DNA of 64,000 nt from a virus (taxonomy: Duplodnaviria > Caudoviricetes), in the IMG/VR virus record IMGVR_UViG_3300005259_000074, positions 32,001-96,000 of that record, one strand, 5' to 3'. The position numbers were made by a program, and so were the translations under genes. Positions 19,768-31,258 of the stretch are shown here, piece after piece. The notes under the pieces are model-generated. The model made no database searches and was not told the DNA's origin. It saw only the letters and a list, made by a program, of their open reading frames with translations. Position 1 is the stretch's first letter; every line of letters starts with the position of its first letter.

Positions 19768-20178
19768 TTATTTCTTAGACGGTCTCAGCGCGATGTTTCC
19801 ACGAGACTTCGCCGCCTCGTACACTTCATCAGCAGCTTTTCCGAGCGCTTCGAGTTCTTTGGAGTGCTTTTCGCAATAGGCGACAGCTTCTTCTAGATCA
19901 GTGACAGCAGATTTCCACTCTTTCAAGTACTCTTCTTTAGCTTTCTGAAGCGAAGTGTAACCACCTGGAGTAGATATTCCCATGAAGAACTGCAGTTGGA
20001 ATCCCTTCTGCTTGTCGGCTAAAACGTTCACTACACCGCCGAAAGAAGTCTTACCGAAACTCTTGTTCAGAGCTCTTGTCTTCTCGTCGATCTTCGCCAT
20101 CTCATCGACAAACTGCTTGTCTTCGAGAATCTTATCGGACTTAGTCAACTTCTCAAATGCATCATCGAACTTGCTCAT
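19768..20178 (-). CDS. putative internal head protein (MSKF leader)
   Basis: MSKFDDAFEKL. Confidence 0.65.
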   Translation of the reverse strand: MSKFDDAFEKLTKSDKILEDKQFVDEMAKIDEKTRALNKSFGKTSFGGVVNVLADKQKGFQLQFFMGISTPGGYTSLQKAKEEYLKEWKSAVTDLEEAVAYCEKHSKELEALGKAADEVYEAAKSRGNIALRPSKK

Positions 20179-20732
20179 TTAACCCATGCCTTTTCAACAT
20201 TCTGGAGGTTGTTGTACGCACGTTTGGCTGAGTTGAACGCGTCTTCGCTCTGGTGTTTGATACTCTCTATGTCCATCATCGGAAGATTGCTGTTCGCGCC
20301 GAGAGATTTGTTGAGTTCTTTAGCTTTGTTGTAGAGAGATTCAGCTTCCACAAAAGTCTCGTTTGCCAATTTGCCGACTTCCCGCGCTTTAGTGACCAAC
20401 GCGCTGATGTTAACGTTGGTATTAGCTTCAGTCAATTTCTCAGAATTATCTTCAAAATCGTCAGCTTCTTTGATGAACGACTTATCGAGGACTCCGTGCT
20501 TGACAAGTTCTGCGACCGCAGCTTTCCTGTACTTTTTATACTGGGAAGAGTTCAGTTGGGTATCTTCTCTGTCTTTGAACTGCTGATAACTTCCGGTTTG
20601 CAGGACTTTAACCCACTCTTCGTTGTCTTTCAGAGACCTCGCATCATTAGTCCCCATCTCCTTCAGATCGTTGTCGGTGAATGACTCTTCACTCAGAGAG
20701 TATTTCTTTAAAACATCATCGAACTTGCTCAT
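20175..20732 (-). CDS. putative internal head protein (MSKF leader)
   Basis: MSKFDDVLKKYSLSEE. Confidence 0.65.
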   Translation of the reverse strand: MSKFDDVLKKYSLSEESFTDNDLKEMGTNDARSLKDNEEWVKVLQTGSYQQFKDREDTQLNSSQYKKYRKAAVAELVKHGVLDKSFIKEADDFEDNSEKLTEANTNVNISALVTKAREVGKLANETFVEAESLYNKAKELNKSLGANSNLPMMDIESIKHQSEDAFNSAKRAYNNLQNVEKAWVK

Positions 20733-20737
20733 GTCAA

Positions 20738-21160
20738 TCAGTCCTTCTTTATCAGTTTAGCAAAATCATTGAAATTGCTTTCAGCTTCTTCTGCATCTCC
20801 ACCCGTGTAGTGTTTCTTCAAGTGGTGTATGAGCGAATGTTTGTTCCCTACGAGATGGACCACAGGATGTCCACCGCCAGGTCCACTCATCGTCATTACT
20901 TTTCCTTCTACACCCGGAGTGCTGTTTATCTTACGCTCCAGAGATTTTTGGTCTCCATCATGCATCCAATCTAGCTTGATCTCATGCCGGGCCTGATCGA
21001 TCTTTTCAAATTTTCCTCCAACTTTGCGGAACAGAGGTTTGTGATCTTCTTTTCCGTAGAAGCCCTGACCGATAGAATGAGTGCCTTCAGGTCCCTGAAG
21101 TTTTGAATTCGCCTTCTCTTCACCGATAATGCTCTCATAAAGTTCTTGAAACTTGCTCAT
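20738..21160 (-). CDS. putative internal head protein (MSKFQELYE)
   Basis: Leader plus a GPE.TH..G.GFYG domain shared with the next gene. Confidence 0.65.
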   Translation of the reverse strand: MSKFQELYESIIGEEKANSKLQGPEGTHSIGQGFYGKEDHKPLFRKVGGKFEKIDQARHEIKLDWMHDGDQKSLERKINSTPGVEGKVMTMSGPGGGHPVVHLVGNKHSLIHHLKKHYTGGDAEEAESNFNDFAKLIKKD

Positions 21161-21165
21161 TCCAA

Positions 21166-21627
21166 TCAGTCCTTCTTTTTGTATTTATCGACGATCGCCT
21201 CTATTGCCGCTTTGACGATGTCTTGTGGGAGGTCTAGACCAGCGATCCCCTTGAAGAAGTGGTCCATCGCGATCTTCATCTCGGGGTTGGCTATGTCGGA
21301 ACCGACGTGCACTTCCTGTCCACCGACAGAAGCTATCCTCTCGTGGCCAGGTCCCACTGGAAGCGCTCCTGCTTTTTGCGCAGCCATCTTAGCTAGCAGA
21401 TCTTCCTCATCGCCTGGTTTGTCGTACGACTTGAACAAGAGCCTCTGGTCTTTCTCCGGGGCGCTGATCTTCTCGAACTTGTCTCCGACTTTGCGGAACA
21501 GAGGGACGCCTTTCTCGCGCCCGTAGAAGCCGTACCCCAGGGCGTGAGTCTGTTCGGGTCCCTTCAAGTGGAAGTTCTCCTTCTCCCAAGGCATGTTGCT
21601 CTCGTATAACTCCTGGAACTTGCTCAT
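21166..21627 (-). CDS. putative internal head protein (MSKFQELYE)
   Basis: Start reassigned to MSKF; N-terminal domain paralogous to 20738..21160. Confidence 0.65.
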   Translation of the reverse strand: MSKFQELYESNMPWEKENFHLKGPEQTHALGYGFYGREKGVPLFRKVGDKFEKISAPEKDQRLLFKSYDKPGDEEDLLAKMAAQKAGALPVGPGHERIASVGGQEVHVGSDIANPEMKIAMDHFFKGIAGLDLPQDIVKAAIEAIVDKYKKKD

Positions 21628-21959
21628 TTCTGCTCCCATTTTTCCCTGACAGCTTCGAGTATCTCTTCGGTCCGTTCAGCTGACTGTTCAGTCACGGTGT
21701 TGAAACCTTCTACAGCCTGTTTGATGATGTACTCGAACAACTCAGTCGAGATTACTCCGTGTGCTTTGAAAGTCGACCAGTGACGCTGATCGCGGCTAGC
21801 TCTCACGTCGCCGTTCTCGAGCTTTTTAACGGTGTAACCCGTAGCTTCTAACAGATTTGTCACGAAGGGCATCCACTCCAAGTGGACTAATTTCTTCTCT
21901 TCAGAGACGACAGGTGATTTTATTGTGACTCTCTCGTATAGCTCCTGGAACTTACTCAT
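21624..21959 (-). CDS. putative internal head protein (MSKFQELYE)
   Basis: Leader motif. Confidence 0.65.
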   Translation of the reverse strand: MSKFQELYERVTIKSPVVSEEKKLVHLEWMPFVTNLLEATGYTVKKLENGDVRASRDQRHWSTFKAHGVISTELFEYIIKQAVEGFNTVTEQSAERTEEILEAVREKWEQK

Positions 21960-21966
21960 TTGACCC

Positions 21967-22377
21967 TCACTTCAGGTTCTCCAACTTGTACAGTGTAGAA
22001 GTCAACAACTTCTGCACTTCGTCTATCTCGTTCTGGAGCCAAGACTCGGAAATGCTCTTCCGGCTGACCTCTATGTACTTCACGAGCGATGTGATGTACA
22101 CGACTGGGTCGGTGTCGGCTGCAACAGCGGACAGAGTTATGTCCGCTAGCTTACCGTGCGATCCCTGCCAAGACTCGACTATCCCATCGACCAGTCCTAA
22201 GATCTTATCGTAAGCGTCGTTCAGCGCTACGTGAGCGGCGTATGATCCGGCGCCCTGTGTCTTCAGGTGGGACAGGTGGAAGAAATCTCGCGCTTGGAAC
22301 AGCTTGGCGAACAGGTCGAACACCGGCTTGTTAGTCTCGAACGTCAGCGCTTCGTAAAGCTCTTGGAACTTACTCAT
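21967..22377 (-). CDS. ferritin/Dps-like four-helix protein (DUF5856-like) with MSKFQELYE leader
   Basis: FHLSHLKT...YAAHVALNDAYD..LVDGIVESWQG...LQNEIDE..LYKLENLK. Confidence 0.7.
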   Translation of the reverse strand: MSKFQELYEALTFETNKPVFDLFAKLFQARDFFHLSHLKTQGAGSYAAHVALNDAYDKILGLVDGIVESWQGSHGKLADITLSAVAADTDPVVYITSLVKYIEVSRKSISESWLQNEIDEVQKLLTSTLYKLENLK

Positions 22378-22378
22378 T

Positions 22379-22744
22379 TCATTCCCCCCTCTTATCGAGA
22401 TAATCCTTGACGTATTCGCCGGCTTCAGCTATAGCGATCGCAGCATTACGGGCTTTTTTAGATATGTCATGGTACTTTCCGCCGGCTCCCACGACCATAT
22501 CACGGATAGTTTGAGACGTAGTGCCTAAGTTCAGAAAAGCTTCGCCGTTGGTTTTATGTTTGTTCACAACTTCTTCAAGATATGCGATCATCAGTGGGAC
22601 GATCTTATCTTCTGGAATCTCATTTTTCCACGTGACTAACGATGGACGAACTCGATCGACCATGTGCTTAAGATGGTTCCAGTCTCCAGATTCAAGATTT
22701 TTTGTATGAACTACATTCTCATATAGCTCTTGAAACTTACTCAT
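22379..22744 (-). CDS. putative internal head protein (MSKFQELYE)
   Basis: Leader motif. Confidence 0.65.
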   Translation of the reverse strand: MSKFQELYENVVHTKNLESGDWNHLKHMVDRVRPSLVTWKNEIPEDKIVPLMIAYLEEVVNKHKTNGEAFLNLGTTSQTIRDMVVGAGGKYHDISKKARNAAIAIAEAGEYVKDYLDKRGE

Positions 22745-22758
22745 ATGTTGACCTTTCT

Positions 22759-23337
22759 TTAACGCGTGTAGAACTCCTGGTACTGCGAGACGTACCAGTG
22801 TCTGTATGGAATGATGATCGCTTCAGGTGGGGTAGTAGCTATGCTGAACACCGACAATGGGACGTCTAGAGGAGTCACCACTAACAAGTTGCACGTCCAG
22901 TTGAAGCACATCTGGGCGGTTTGAGTCTGGTTGAACACCAGTTCAAATCTGTCGCGTAGAACGGGATCGTCGTAGCAGACTCTCGAATCTATGACTTCCT
23001 GAAAAGTCCACGGACGGTACGATATGAAGCCGGCGCTGCACAGGCGAGTGTAAGCCCTGCACATGATGTACTGGTCGCCGACGAGCGCTCCGTCTAGCGT
23101 GACGATGCCGACTGGAAGTATCGGGATGCTGACCACCGCTACTTCAGTCGCGTTGAACGCCGTTATCAAGCAGTTAGCGCCCCAGTTGATCGGAACTTGG
23201 AAGTAGTTCAGAGGCTGGTCATACCTAGTGTCGTAGAAGTAGGTGTCTCTCGTGTCTATGTACTGAGCGCACGAAGACAGCATGACTGTCACACACAGCA
23301 GTAAGAGCATCACCAACTTCTTCATGAGAACTGTCAT
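22759..23337 (-). CDS. putative lipoprotein
   Basis: MKKLVMLLLLCVTVMLSSC lipobox-like signal. Confidence 0.55.
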   Translation of the reverse strand: MTVLMKKLVMLLLLCVTVMLSSCAQYIDTRDTYFYDTRYDQPLNYFQVPINWGANCLITAFNATEVAVVSIPILPVGIVTLDGALVGDQYIMCRAYTRLCSAGFISYRPWTFQEVIDSRVCYDDPVLRDRFELVFNQTQTAQMCFNWTCNLLVVTPLDVPLSVFSIATTPPEAIIIPYRHWYVSQYQEFYTR

Positions 23338-23591
23338 TTCTTGTTGTAATCTGACTTAGCATCGCTCTTGAGGATCGTCTTATACAGTTTCTGAAGGCTC
23401 TCGGTGTTCAGAGAGAAGAGTCCCTTTCCTTCACCTTCGAGAGTACCGGTGTGTCCTTCTATCTTAGCCGCCATGAACTCGCGAAATTCAGCACCGCCAT
23501 CACCTTCGTACATTTCTCGGCTGTGCCTATTTGCTTTGATCTTGTTGAGATCGACTACGTGATTCTCGTACAAATCTTGGAACTTGCTCAT
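23334..23591 (-). CDS. putative internal head protein (MSKFQDLYE)
   Basis: Leader motif. Confidence 0.6.
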   Translation of the reverse strand: MSKFQDLYENHVVDLNKIKANRHSREMYEGDGGAEFREFMAAKIEGHTGTLEGEGKGLFSLNTESLQKLYKTILKSDAKSDYNKK

Positions 23592-23606
23592 GTCAATGTC
23601 CTCAGC

Positions 23607-24179
23607 TTATGTGTTGAGACCGCCGGTGGCAACAGGGTCGGCCTGTCCGGTGCCCTCTGGATACCAGTACTGGTATGCGAAGGTGACGTCGAACGTCGAA
23701 GGAGTAGCAGCGTCGTAGGAGAGCTGCAAGTCGCCTATCTGAGACGGGAATATGCCCGCCATGACGTAGGTCGAAGCGATGTTCTGCATGTCGGGGGTCA
23801 GGAGGTCTATCCTAGCGAGGTCAGTTGGGACGGTCTTCTGCCCTCCGCCGCCGTACTGGATGTTCGAGAATATGTTCATCCACTGCTCAAAAGTGGTCCT
23901 GACGACCATCGCATTGTCGCAGTGCACCGTCACATTCCAGGAATCGCCGTAGTTGACGATGCCCGGGAGCTTGAACTTGATGCCCTGGTATGCGATCTCC
24001 TCGGCGGATATCTGCTTGCCCGGGAGGGAAGTCGCCGTGCAGTAGAACGCGAAGGACGGACCCAACACCGGAGAGGACACAGAGGACGAAGTCACAGTCA
24101 GCTGGAACTGGTTCTGCAACCTCTGGGGTGTAGAGGAAATGTAGCTGTAGAAGCCCTGTAGTGATTGGACGTTACCCAT
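23607..24179 (-). CDS. gp19: tail tube protein, T4 gp19-like
   Basis: F.CTATSLPG, YQGIKFKLPG..NYGDSWNVTVHCD, FEQW, GIFPSQIGDLQLSYD, FDVTFAYQYW. Confidence 0.9.
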   Translation of the reverse strand: MGNVQSLQGFYSYISSTPQRLQNQFQLTVTSSSVSSPVLGPSFAFYCTATSLPGKQISAEEIAYQGIKFKLPGIVNYGDSWNVTVHCDNAMVVRTTFEQWMNIFSNIQYGGGGQKTVPTDLARIDLLTPDMQNIASTYVMAGIFPSQIGDLQLSYDAATPSTFDVTFAYQYWYPEGTGQADPVATGGLNT

Positions 24180-24206
24180 CTTAAGAGTATCCTTTCGGTT
24201 TCATTC

Positions 24207-24214
24207 TATTTACA
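24207..24214 (-). promoter_or_regulatory. late promoter-like TGTAAATA (a second, GATAAATA, at 24270-24277)
   Basis: Upstream of the tail tube and head cluster. Confidence 0.6.
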
Positions 24215-24289
24215 CAGATCTGGCTCCTGCGCCAGACAGATGCATCGCGAGACACTTCTCGCGGTATTCTATTTATCAACGGAGATCTC

Positions 24290-25107
24290 GTGACGACTCT
24301 AGAAACCTACATACCGGTGAAGAACGAGAGGACTGCGGTAGACGTACCTTTTCCTAACTTCATCGTCACATCCGCGGTTTCTTTCAAGTCCCCACAGAGC
24401 ACTCACGTTATAAGGGCAGAGCTGAGGACGGCCGAGGGAAAGATCCAGAAGTTCACCGTAGAGTGCGTGTTGAAGACCGATTTCATCAGGTGTCCTTGCT
24501 ACGGCAACTACAAGGGCTTCGGTGTCAAAAAAGTAGAAGACATCATATCGTTCTGGATGTCTTTCAGGAATGATAGAGGGTACGGAGATCTTAAACCAGT
24601 CAGTTGTATGCACATGGACACCGACTGGAAGTACCAGACAGGTGAATCGATCGTGTGTCACTGTTCGGAAATAGCTTCGCACTTGATAAACACGTGCTAT
24701 AAAGATGAGTTCACGCTGCAGAAGTTGGAGGAGATATGACAGACGCCGAACGAGAGGACATCTTAGACTCGTACAGAGTGGTGAGCGACTCCAGAGACGA
24801 GCCTAACGCCGGAGACATGATCATCGTCAAGCTCGAGTCTCCCATCGGACACCGGATCATAGGCGAAATGAAGTTCGACAGAAACCACGTCAAGTACTTC
24901 GCGTCGATGTGCGTGTTGAAACCAGATTTCTCCAGGTGTCCTCGCTACTCGGAGAGCGGTAATTGCTGCGTCCACATGTACCCGAGTAAAGACCCTCTCG
25001 AATCATGGTGGGCTGTCCAGTGTTTTGATGAAGTGATATCGAACTTCGTCATACGCAGAGGTAATCTAGAAGACGAATTCGCTCTAATGAAAATGGAAGA
25101 AATGTAG
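24290..25107 (+). repeat. paralog pair with N-terminal extension, Cys domain and tag (24290..24739, 24736..25107)
   Basis: CVLK.DF.RCP.Y shared; tails DEFTLQKLEEI and DEFALMKMEEM. Confidence 0.7.
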
Positions 25108-25112
25108 GACAC

Positions 25113-26768
25113 ATGAGTTTCGACTGTAAGAGCTATTTTCCGTTCCCAAAAGCCAGAGTCGTCCAGCAGAAGGTGCTGGACGTCGCTAAAGATGCGTACG
25201 AATCCGGATTCGACCACGTGGTCCTCTCAGCTCCGACCGGAGTAGGGAAGAGCGCTATAGCAGTAGCGCTATCTAACTGGCTCAACAAGACCAGTGGGGC
25301 GCAGACGTATGGCCTGACTAGCCAGAAAGTGCTCCAAGAGCAGTACTGCAGCGATTTCAACATTCCAATGCTCAAGGGTAAGGCCAACTTCAAGTGCGCT
25401 AAGGACCCGTTCGGCAACTTGAAGTGCGACGCCGGAGTCTGCATGATGCTGAGAGCTAGGGGGAAAGCGGTGACCTGCGCTGGAGCGTGTCCCTACATCG
25501 CCGCGAGAGACCTAGCTTACTCGAAACCGATGCTCGTGACGAACTACCGCTACTTCCTGAACATGTCGCTAGCCGCTGAGATAATGAAGCACGACGGCAA
25601 AGAGCTGTTTCACCAACCCAGAGAGCTGCTGGTGCTAGATGAGGCCCACCGCGTGGAATCTGAGGTTCTCGAATTCGCGTCACTGTCGTTGAAGTCTGAT
25701 GACTTCCTGTCTTTTGGGTTGGGGAGGAAGTTCTTGAAGCTCCCGGAGTCTAGCACTACAGAAGCAGATTTGGTGACGTGGCTAGACGATCACGGGCTTC
25801 CGGTGCTCAACGACAAGTACAACCGCGAGCTGCTGGAGCTAGCTCAGATGGACGAGAACGACAAGAAGACTTATGCGCAGAGCAGGAAGGTCAAGTTCTT
25901 GGACACGCTGATATGCATGGGCAACCGGTTGAACTCGGCAGCTAAGTCTGGCATTCCAGTCTGCGCGTGGGCGGGAGAAGGTACTGCCGACTTCAAACTG
26001 GTGTTCGGCAAGTCTGCTTGGGACAAGTGGCTGTCTATCTACGGGAAGTACAAGCTGTCGATGTCTGCCACAATCCTCTCCAAAGAGCAGTACTGCGAAG
26101 AGCTGGGGTTAGACCCGTCTAGAGTCAAGTACATCAAGTGTCCGTCTCCGTTCGACGTAGAGCACCGGAAGATACTGGCAGTCCCAATCGGAAGTATGTC
26201 GTACTCAAAGAAGGAGTCGACCCTGCCGCTACTAGCCAGAGCCGTGGAGAACATCCTTTCTAAGCACGCAGATGAACGTGGGATCATACACTGCGTTAAC
26301 TACGGGGTCGCTAGCTACATCCTCTCCAACGTGTCTCCAGAGGCGCAGAACCGCTTGGTGTACCCCAAGGGGGAAGACCGAGACGAGCTGATAGACTTCT
26401 TCATGAGGCAGTCGAAGCACCGGAGAGACTTGGTGCTGATCAGCCCGTCTCTGGGAGAGGGGATAAACTTGCGAGGAGAGCTTGCGAGGTTTGCTATCAT
26501 ATGCAAAGTCCCATACGCAGGATTGGGCGATCCCTGGGTCAAGAAGAGGATGTCGATGGACAACACTTGGTACTCGGACTTCGCTTCCAAGAACTTAGTC
26601 CAGATGACTGGGAGGACTGTCAGGACTGAAGACGACTGGGCGAAGACCTACGTGTTAGACGACGACTTTGTGAAGCACGTCGTGCGGAACCAAGACAGGC
26701 TCCCGCAGTGGTGGTTAGACTCAGTCAAACCGGCTGACAGAGCGCTGATAGATGAACTCACTAAGTGA
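25113..26768 (+). CDS. SF2 DinG/XPD(Rad3)-like DNA helicase
   Basis: SAPTGVGKS, DEAH, SMSAT, SLGEGINL, QMTGRTVR; a Cys cluster after motif Ia consistent with an Fe-S centre. Confidence 0.88.
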   Translation: MSFDCKSYFPFPKARVVQQKVLDVAKDAYESGFDHVVLSAPTGVGKSAIAVALSNWLNKTSGAQTYGLTSQKVLQEQYCSDFNIPMLKGKANFKCAKDPFGNLKCDAGVCMMLRARGKAVTCAGACPYIAARDLAYSKPMLVTNYRYFLNMSLAAEIMKHDGKELFHQPRELLVLDEAHRVESEVLEFASLSLKSDDFLSFGLGRKFLKLPESSTTEADLVTWLDDHGLPVLNDKYNRELLELAQMDENDKKTYAQSRKVKFLDTLICMGNRLNSAAKSGIPVCAWAGEGTADFKLVFGKSAWDKWLSIYGKYKLSMSATILSKEQYCEELGLDPSRVKYIKCPSPFDVEHRKILAVPIGSMSYSKKESTLPLLARAVENILSKHADERGIIHCVNYGVASYILSNVSPEAQNRLVYPKGEDRDELIDFFMRQSKHRRDLVLISPSLGEGINLRGELARFAIICKVPYAGLGDPWVKKRMSMDNTWYSDFASKNLVQMTGRTVRTEDDWAKTYVLDDDFVKHVVRNQDRLPQWWLDSVKPADRALIDELTK

Positions 26769-27257
26769 TTTAGACAACTTGTGCAGACCCTGGGGTCTCT
26801 CAGTCGACTCACAAGGACACTGTTTCGGAGCTGATCCATTGATGGGTCCATATGGTTCTGGTTTCGATCGTCAGACCGAGTGCGCTTACTTCGAATACTC
26901 CGCAGTAAAAGACAGATGTAAGTTCTTCATCGGTTATCGCAACTGCAGTTGTGATAGAGCCCTGGAGAACGCTATCGTGGCCAGAAAGATAGAAGACCTG
27001 TGATGAAATCTCCTCTGTGTAAGAGTTACTGGAACGGATGGCACTGCGAAGCTTCGCGGATTGACCTGACGTGGTTTCCACCGACATTCGTCTCTGACGC
27101 TGAGAAGCAATCCCAGTGTGAGTTCTTCGAACGAGACAACAAGAATGAATGCCGATGGTTCAATGTTAACATCAACAATTTCCACGTGTTCAGCACCTGT
27201 TCGTGTGGTGCTGCCCACGCGATGGTGTTGGCCGACAAGATAATGGAAGATTTCTGA
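26752..27257 (+). repeat. Cys-rich mini-protein array D (26752..27003, 27000..27257)
   Basis: Cys skeleton; tails KIEDL, IMEDF. Confidence 0.8.
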
Positions 27258-30200
27258 TCAGAGTCGATCTAGTTTCTCGTCCATGCGAGCTTCTCTGCTG
27301 AGACACACGTAACCACTCTTAGCATTCAACACGTGCTGACAACGTACATTCTCGAAGTATGGGGATGTTTCTTCCGGCTCAAAGAACTCACACGTTGACA
27401 TCCGCGGTCCCATGCTGATGAAAGCTTCACAGTAGTACGTTCCGTCTTTGTATATCCTGCAATAGTTCACATTTTCCTCTGCTATATGCTCTCCAAGGCG
27501 TTCATAGTCGATTTCTCCAGTCGGGCTTCGGCGTTGGTGCACCTGTGTTCTTCTTTAGAAAAACCTTTTCCGTTGGACCTCCACTTACACCGATTGTACT
27601 GCTGGTACCCGGACAGATGGGACGCGTTATCGTTTTCGAAATATGAACAGTCTTTCATGTGAGGACTAAAGTTCATGAATCCTTCACAGATGAAAGAGTC
27701 TCCTGCTATTCTGCACATATTATCTTTCACAGCTCCTCCAGTTTCTTCATTAACAATGAGTCTTCTATTGCTGACCAACACGTGCAGAAGTTATCGCGAT
27801 TCCGGTGTTTGCAGTCTCCGTGACCGTTTTCGAAGAACTTGCAACTGCGGATGTCTAGTGTTCTATCCCACAGCACCGTCCTACACACGAAGAAAACTTC
27901 AGTGGGGTCTGATCTCTTCGACAACATCTCACAGAGGTTACTCTTCATAATTCTTCCATCTTTAGCAATGTCTGGGCATCTCTCTGGGCTTTTTCACACA
28001 AGCAATATATGACATTGCCGCTCCCTTGATAAACGCACTTTCCACCATTCCCCTCATAGAAATCGCATTTATCCAGAGATGCTAACACACTAAGTCTACA
28101 TAAGAATTCAATTTCTGCAATTACGCACAAGTTATTCACAGCGTCTCCATCTTGGCTGCTATGAGTGAATCTTCGTTAGCATTCCTGCACATACATAAGG
28201 AGTGCGACGCCTCATCATTCTCGACGTAGTGACACCTCCAGCCGGCCGCGGCCCCTATCCCATCTGGTTTAAAGTACTTGCACATGAACATAGGAGTGAT
28301 ATTCGGATCTACTTTTGGCGACGCTGGAAAGATACCGTAGTTGTTGCACTTCTTTACGGCTTCTTGTTCAGTCTTCGACCGGAGCACCGCAGTGCACCAG
28401 AAAGAAGGCTTCGCGAAATCTTCATATCCAACGCACGTGCAGCAGTTCGTCATAACTCCTCCATGTTCCGGTCTATCTGAGCGTCCACGTTAGAGCAGAA
28501 GTGAGTGAAGTCCCAACGTCCGATTGGTGGATTGTCCCGCTTCACAGCGAATTTGCATTCTTTCGTGTCGTGAGTGGATGTCTCCTCTCTGAAATCACAG
28601 TTGGTATTGATTGGCTTAGGCTGTGGGCGCGGGGTTCTCCAACACATGTATTCTCCCGATACCTTCAAGCAGCGGTTCATATGTCCTCCAACTTTTGGAG
28701 CAGATTCTGTTGCTCTCTAGAGATGATCGCCGCTGGGCACAAGCAGAAATCTCTGTGGTTTCCTACTGTCCACACGCACCGGCCCTTCTTCTCTTCGAAG
28801 TAGACGTATGGATCGCACTCTTCAAAGAACTCACAATCTCTTATTCTGACACCGACGAACACGAAAGACATGCAGTACGTCTTTTCGTTGAGTACGTCGC
28901 ACATGTTGAATTTCTGAGTTGTCATATGTCTTCCATCTTCGCTTCTAGACGAGCGTCGAGATGAGCTTTCTCGCAGTTGCACAACTTATAGAAGTCGTTC
29001 TGTGCCCATGCACAAGTGCCTCTAAATGTTACCCACTCTTCGAAGAACTCGCATTCACTGAGTTCGTCTGACAACTTCGCAGTGCACTTGAACCACCTGT
29101 CATCGGTGAGTTTATCAGGATTGATGTGCATCAACTTACAGAAGTTCATATGTCCTCCAACTTAGACGATAGCAGGCTGTCTTCCTGTGCTTCTTCGGAA
29201 CAGCAGTACCAGTACTCGTCTTGGTGATAGCACTTCTTTGCACTCGCGGCTGGTTTAAAGAACTCGCACAGTTGACAATAGTATTGTGTATGGTACGAGG
29301 GCTTGCAAAAGAAATCGATTTCGGAGCTACCGTTGAGGTTGACGTAGGCTACTGAGCAGAGGTTCTCCTTCATATGTCTTCTAGCTCCAGCATCAACCGT
29401 TCGTCTTTAGTAGCTTCAGGACACTCGCACATGAGATTCATACTGTCCGTCCACACACAACTATTTCCAGATACATATTTGCTCTTGAAGAAACAACACG
29501 TCCTCTGTGCTACTCCAAAAGACTGCCCGTGAAATTCATTGTACAGCTGATTAGCTTGATGCACTCTCATAGAGATTGGACTTCCACCACATAGGAAGCG
29601 AATTTCATCGTCAATATCAGTTTTAAAGCCCTTGCACAAGCTCTTCCTTGCTGGATTCATATCTCATCTAGCCTCGTTGTCATCTTCGCTTCTTCTATAG
29701 CTTCGCGGCAGTCGCAGAACTCGAGAACGATCCCAGACGACCACTCACAACTGTTGGCGTTAGTGCTCCCTCTCCGAAAGTACTTACAGTCCGTCACAAA
29801 CACCACGTCTCCTCGAGACAGCGCAGACGTCTTGACTAAGCCGCCGCACCATCCATGGTGCGTGCAGAAGTTCTCCTTCATATGTTCTCCAGTGCGTGTT
29901 CAGCCAGAGCGTCTTCTCTTGCCGCCTTACACCAGCAGTCGTTCCCATCGAAGGCTTTGTCGTGCCGGCACCGCGGGTATGGGTAGTCAAATCCCTCGAA
30001 GTACTTACAACCGCTAGTATACTCCAACGAACGTAGAGCGTGACACCGAAACGTGATGTTACCTTTATTTTCGTGCACTTCACAGAAATTCCTCATATCT
30101 CTTCCAACTTCATGTTCAGGAGTTCTTGATTCCTCACTTCTGGGTGTCCACACTCCGTCATTATAAGTCCACGCTTCTTCCATCGGCATTCCACGCCATT

Positions 30201-31237
30201 CGGCTCCCACTCAGCTTGGCGAAAGTGATCGCACTCTCTCATGTTATACATCGTCCCAATGCATGGGAACCAGATGTTTGAGATGTTGAACGCATGCACA
30301 TCTATCGCCACACAGTGGTTCATAAGTCCTCCAGCTTCGCCAACGTTGTCAGCTCTACTATAGCTTCATCTTTGGCTGCTTGGTTGGAGCACCTGTATTC
30401 TCCCATGTCTCCTGGAGCAATCTTGTACCGACACCTGACAGACAGCGTGTCACGTCCACATTCACCGTGAGAGCATTCTCTGAATGATCCCGCATAACAG
30501 CGAAAATCTCGGTTTTGCTCTCTAAAGTTGTCTACGTGCACGCAGTTCTTCTTCATATCTCATCCATCTTCTTCATCAGTGAGTACTCTTCATAAGCCAT
30601 TTCACATGCGCGATCACACGAGCACTCTATCGTCGGAGGCGCCGCGCGAACGAGGACATAGTTGAATTTAACATGTATGCACTGTCTGTTAAACGACTTC
30701 TTCTTATAGAACGTGCACTTCCTCGCGAGACGAGATGAATTCCCGGCAGTGCATCTGTTCCAACCCCAGCTCCCTCCCGTTGTTTCGTGCTGGCACATGT
30801 TCTTCATATGCTCTCTATGCCTCTGAGGATCGTCGTGTTGACCCAGTTCTTTCTGACAGCACCGGTGTTAGTGCACCGTCCTCTACACTTGAACTTACAC
30901 GACTTCTTGTGATCTTCGTCGAGTGATGTGAAATATTCACACGGGTTGTCGCGAGTTTTCCAGCAGAAGGACCACCAGCTCTTCGGAGGCTTTATCATAT
31001 CTCCTCCATCTTATCGACAAGGCCAATTTCATCTTTCGCTATTGGGTTTGTGCAGTCTCCGTCAAATTGTAAATCTGCATTATCTACGCACATTCGTTGG
31101 TCGAACCACTCGCACTTCTTCATTTTCTCGATCAGCTCATCTCTGTTGTAAAGACCTACGCGTAAAACCTTACACCCACAAAAGATATGAGTATAACCTG
31201 GATATATGTGCACTTCAGGTTTCATCTTATATTGCAT
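27258..31237 (-). repeat. Cys-rich mini-protein array E, 17 CDS (27258..27470, 27482..27730, 27727..27948, 27945..28139, 28136..28453, 28450..28680, 28677..28925, 28922..29149, 29146..29373, 29370..29660, 29657..29881, 29878..30096, 30093..30323, 30320..30556, 30553..30807, 30804..30998, 30995..31237)
   Basis: All members carry the Cys skeleton and the tag; 15 of 16 junctions are 4-nt ATGA/GTGA overlaps. Several starts were reassigned to the overlap. Confidence 0.9.
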
Positions 31238-31258
31238 ATGTCATTTCTTTCTTTATGT

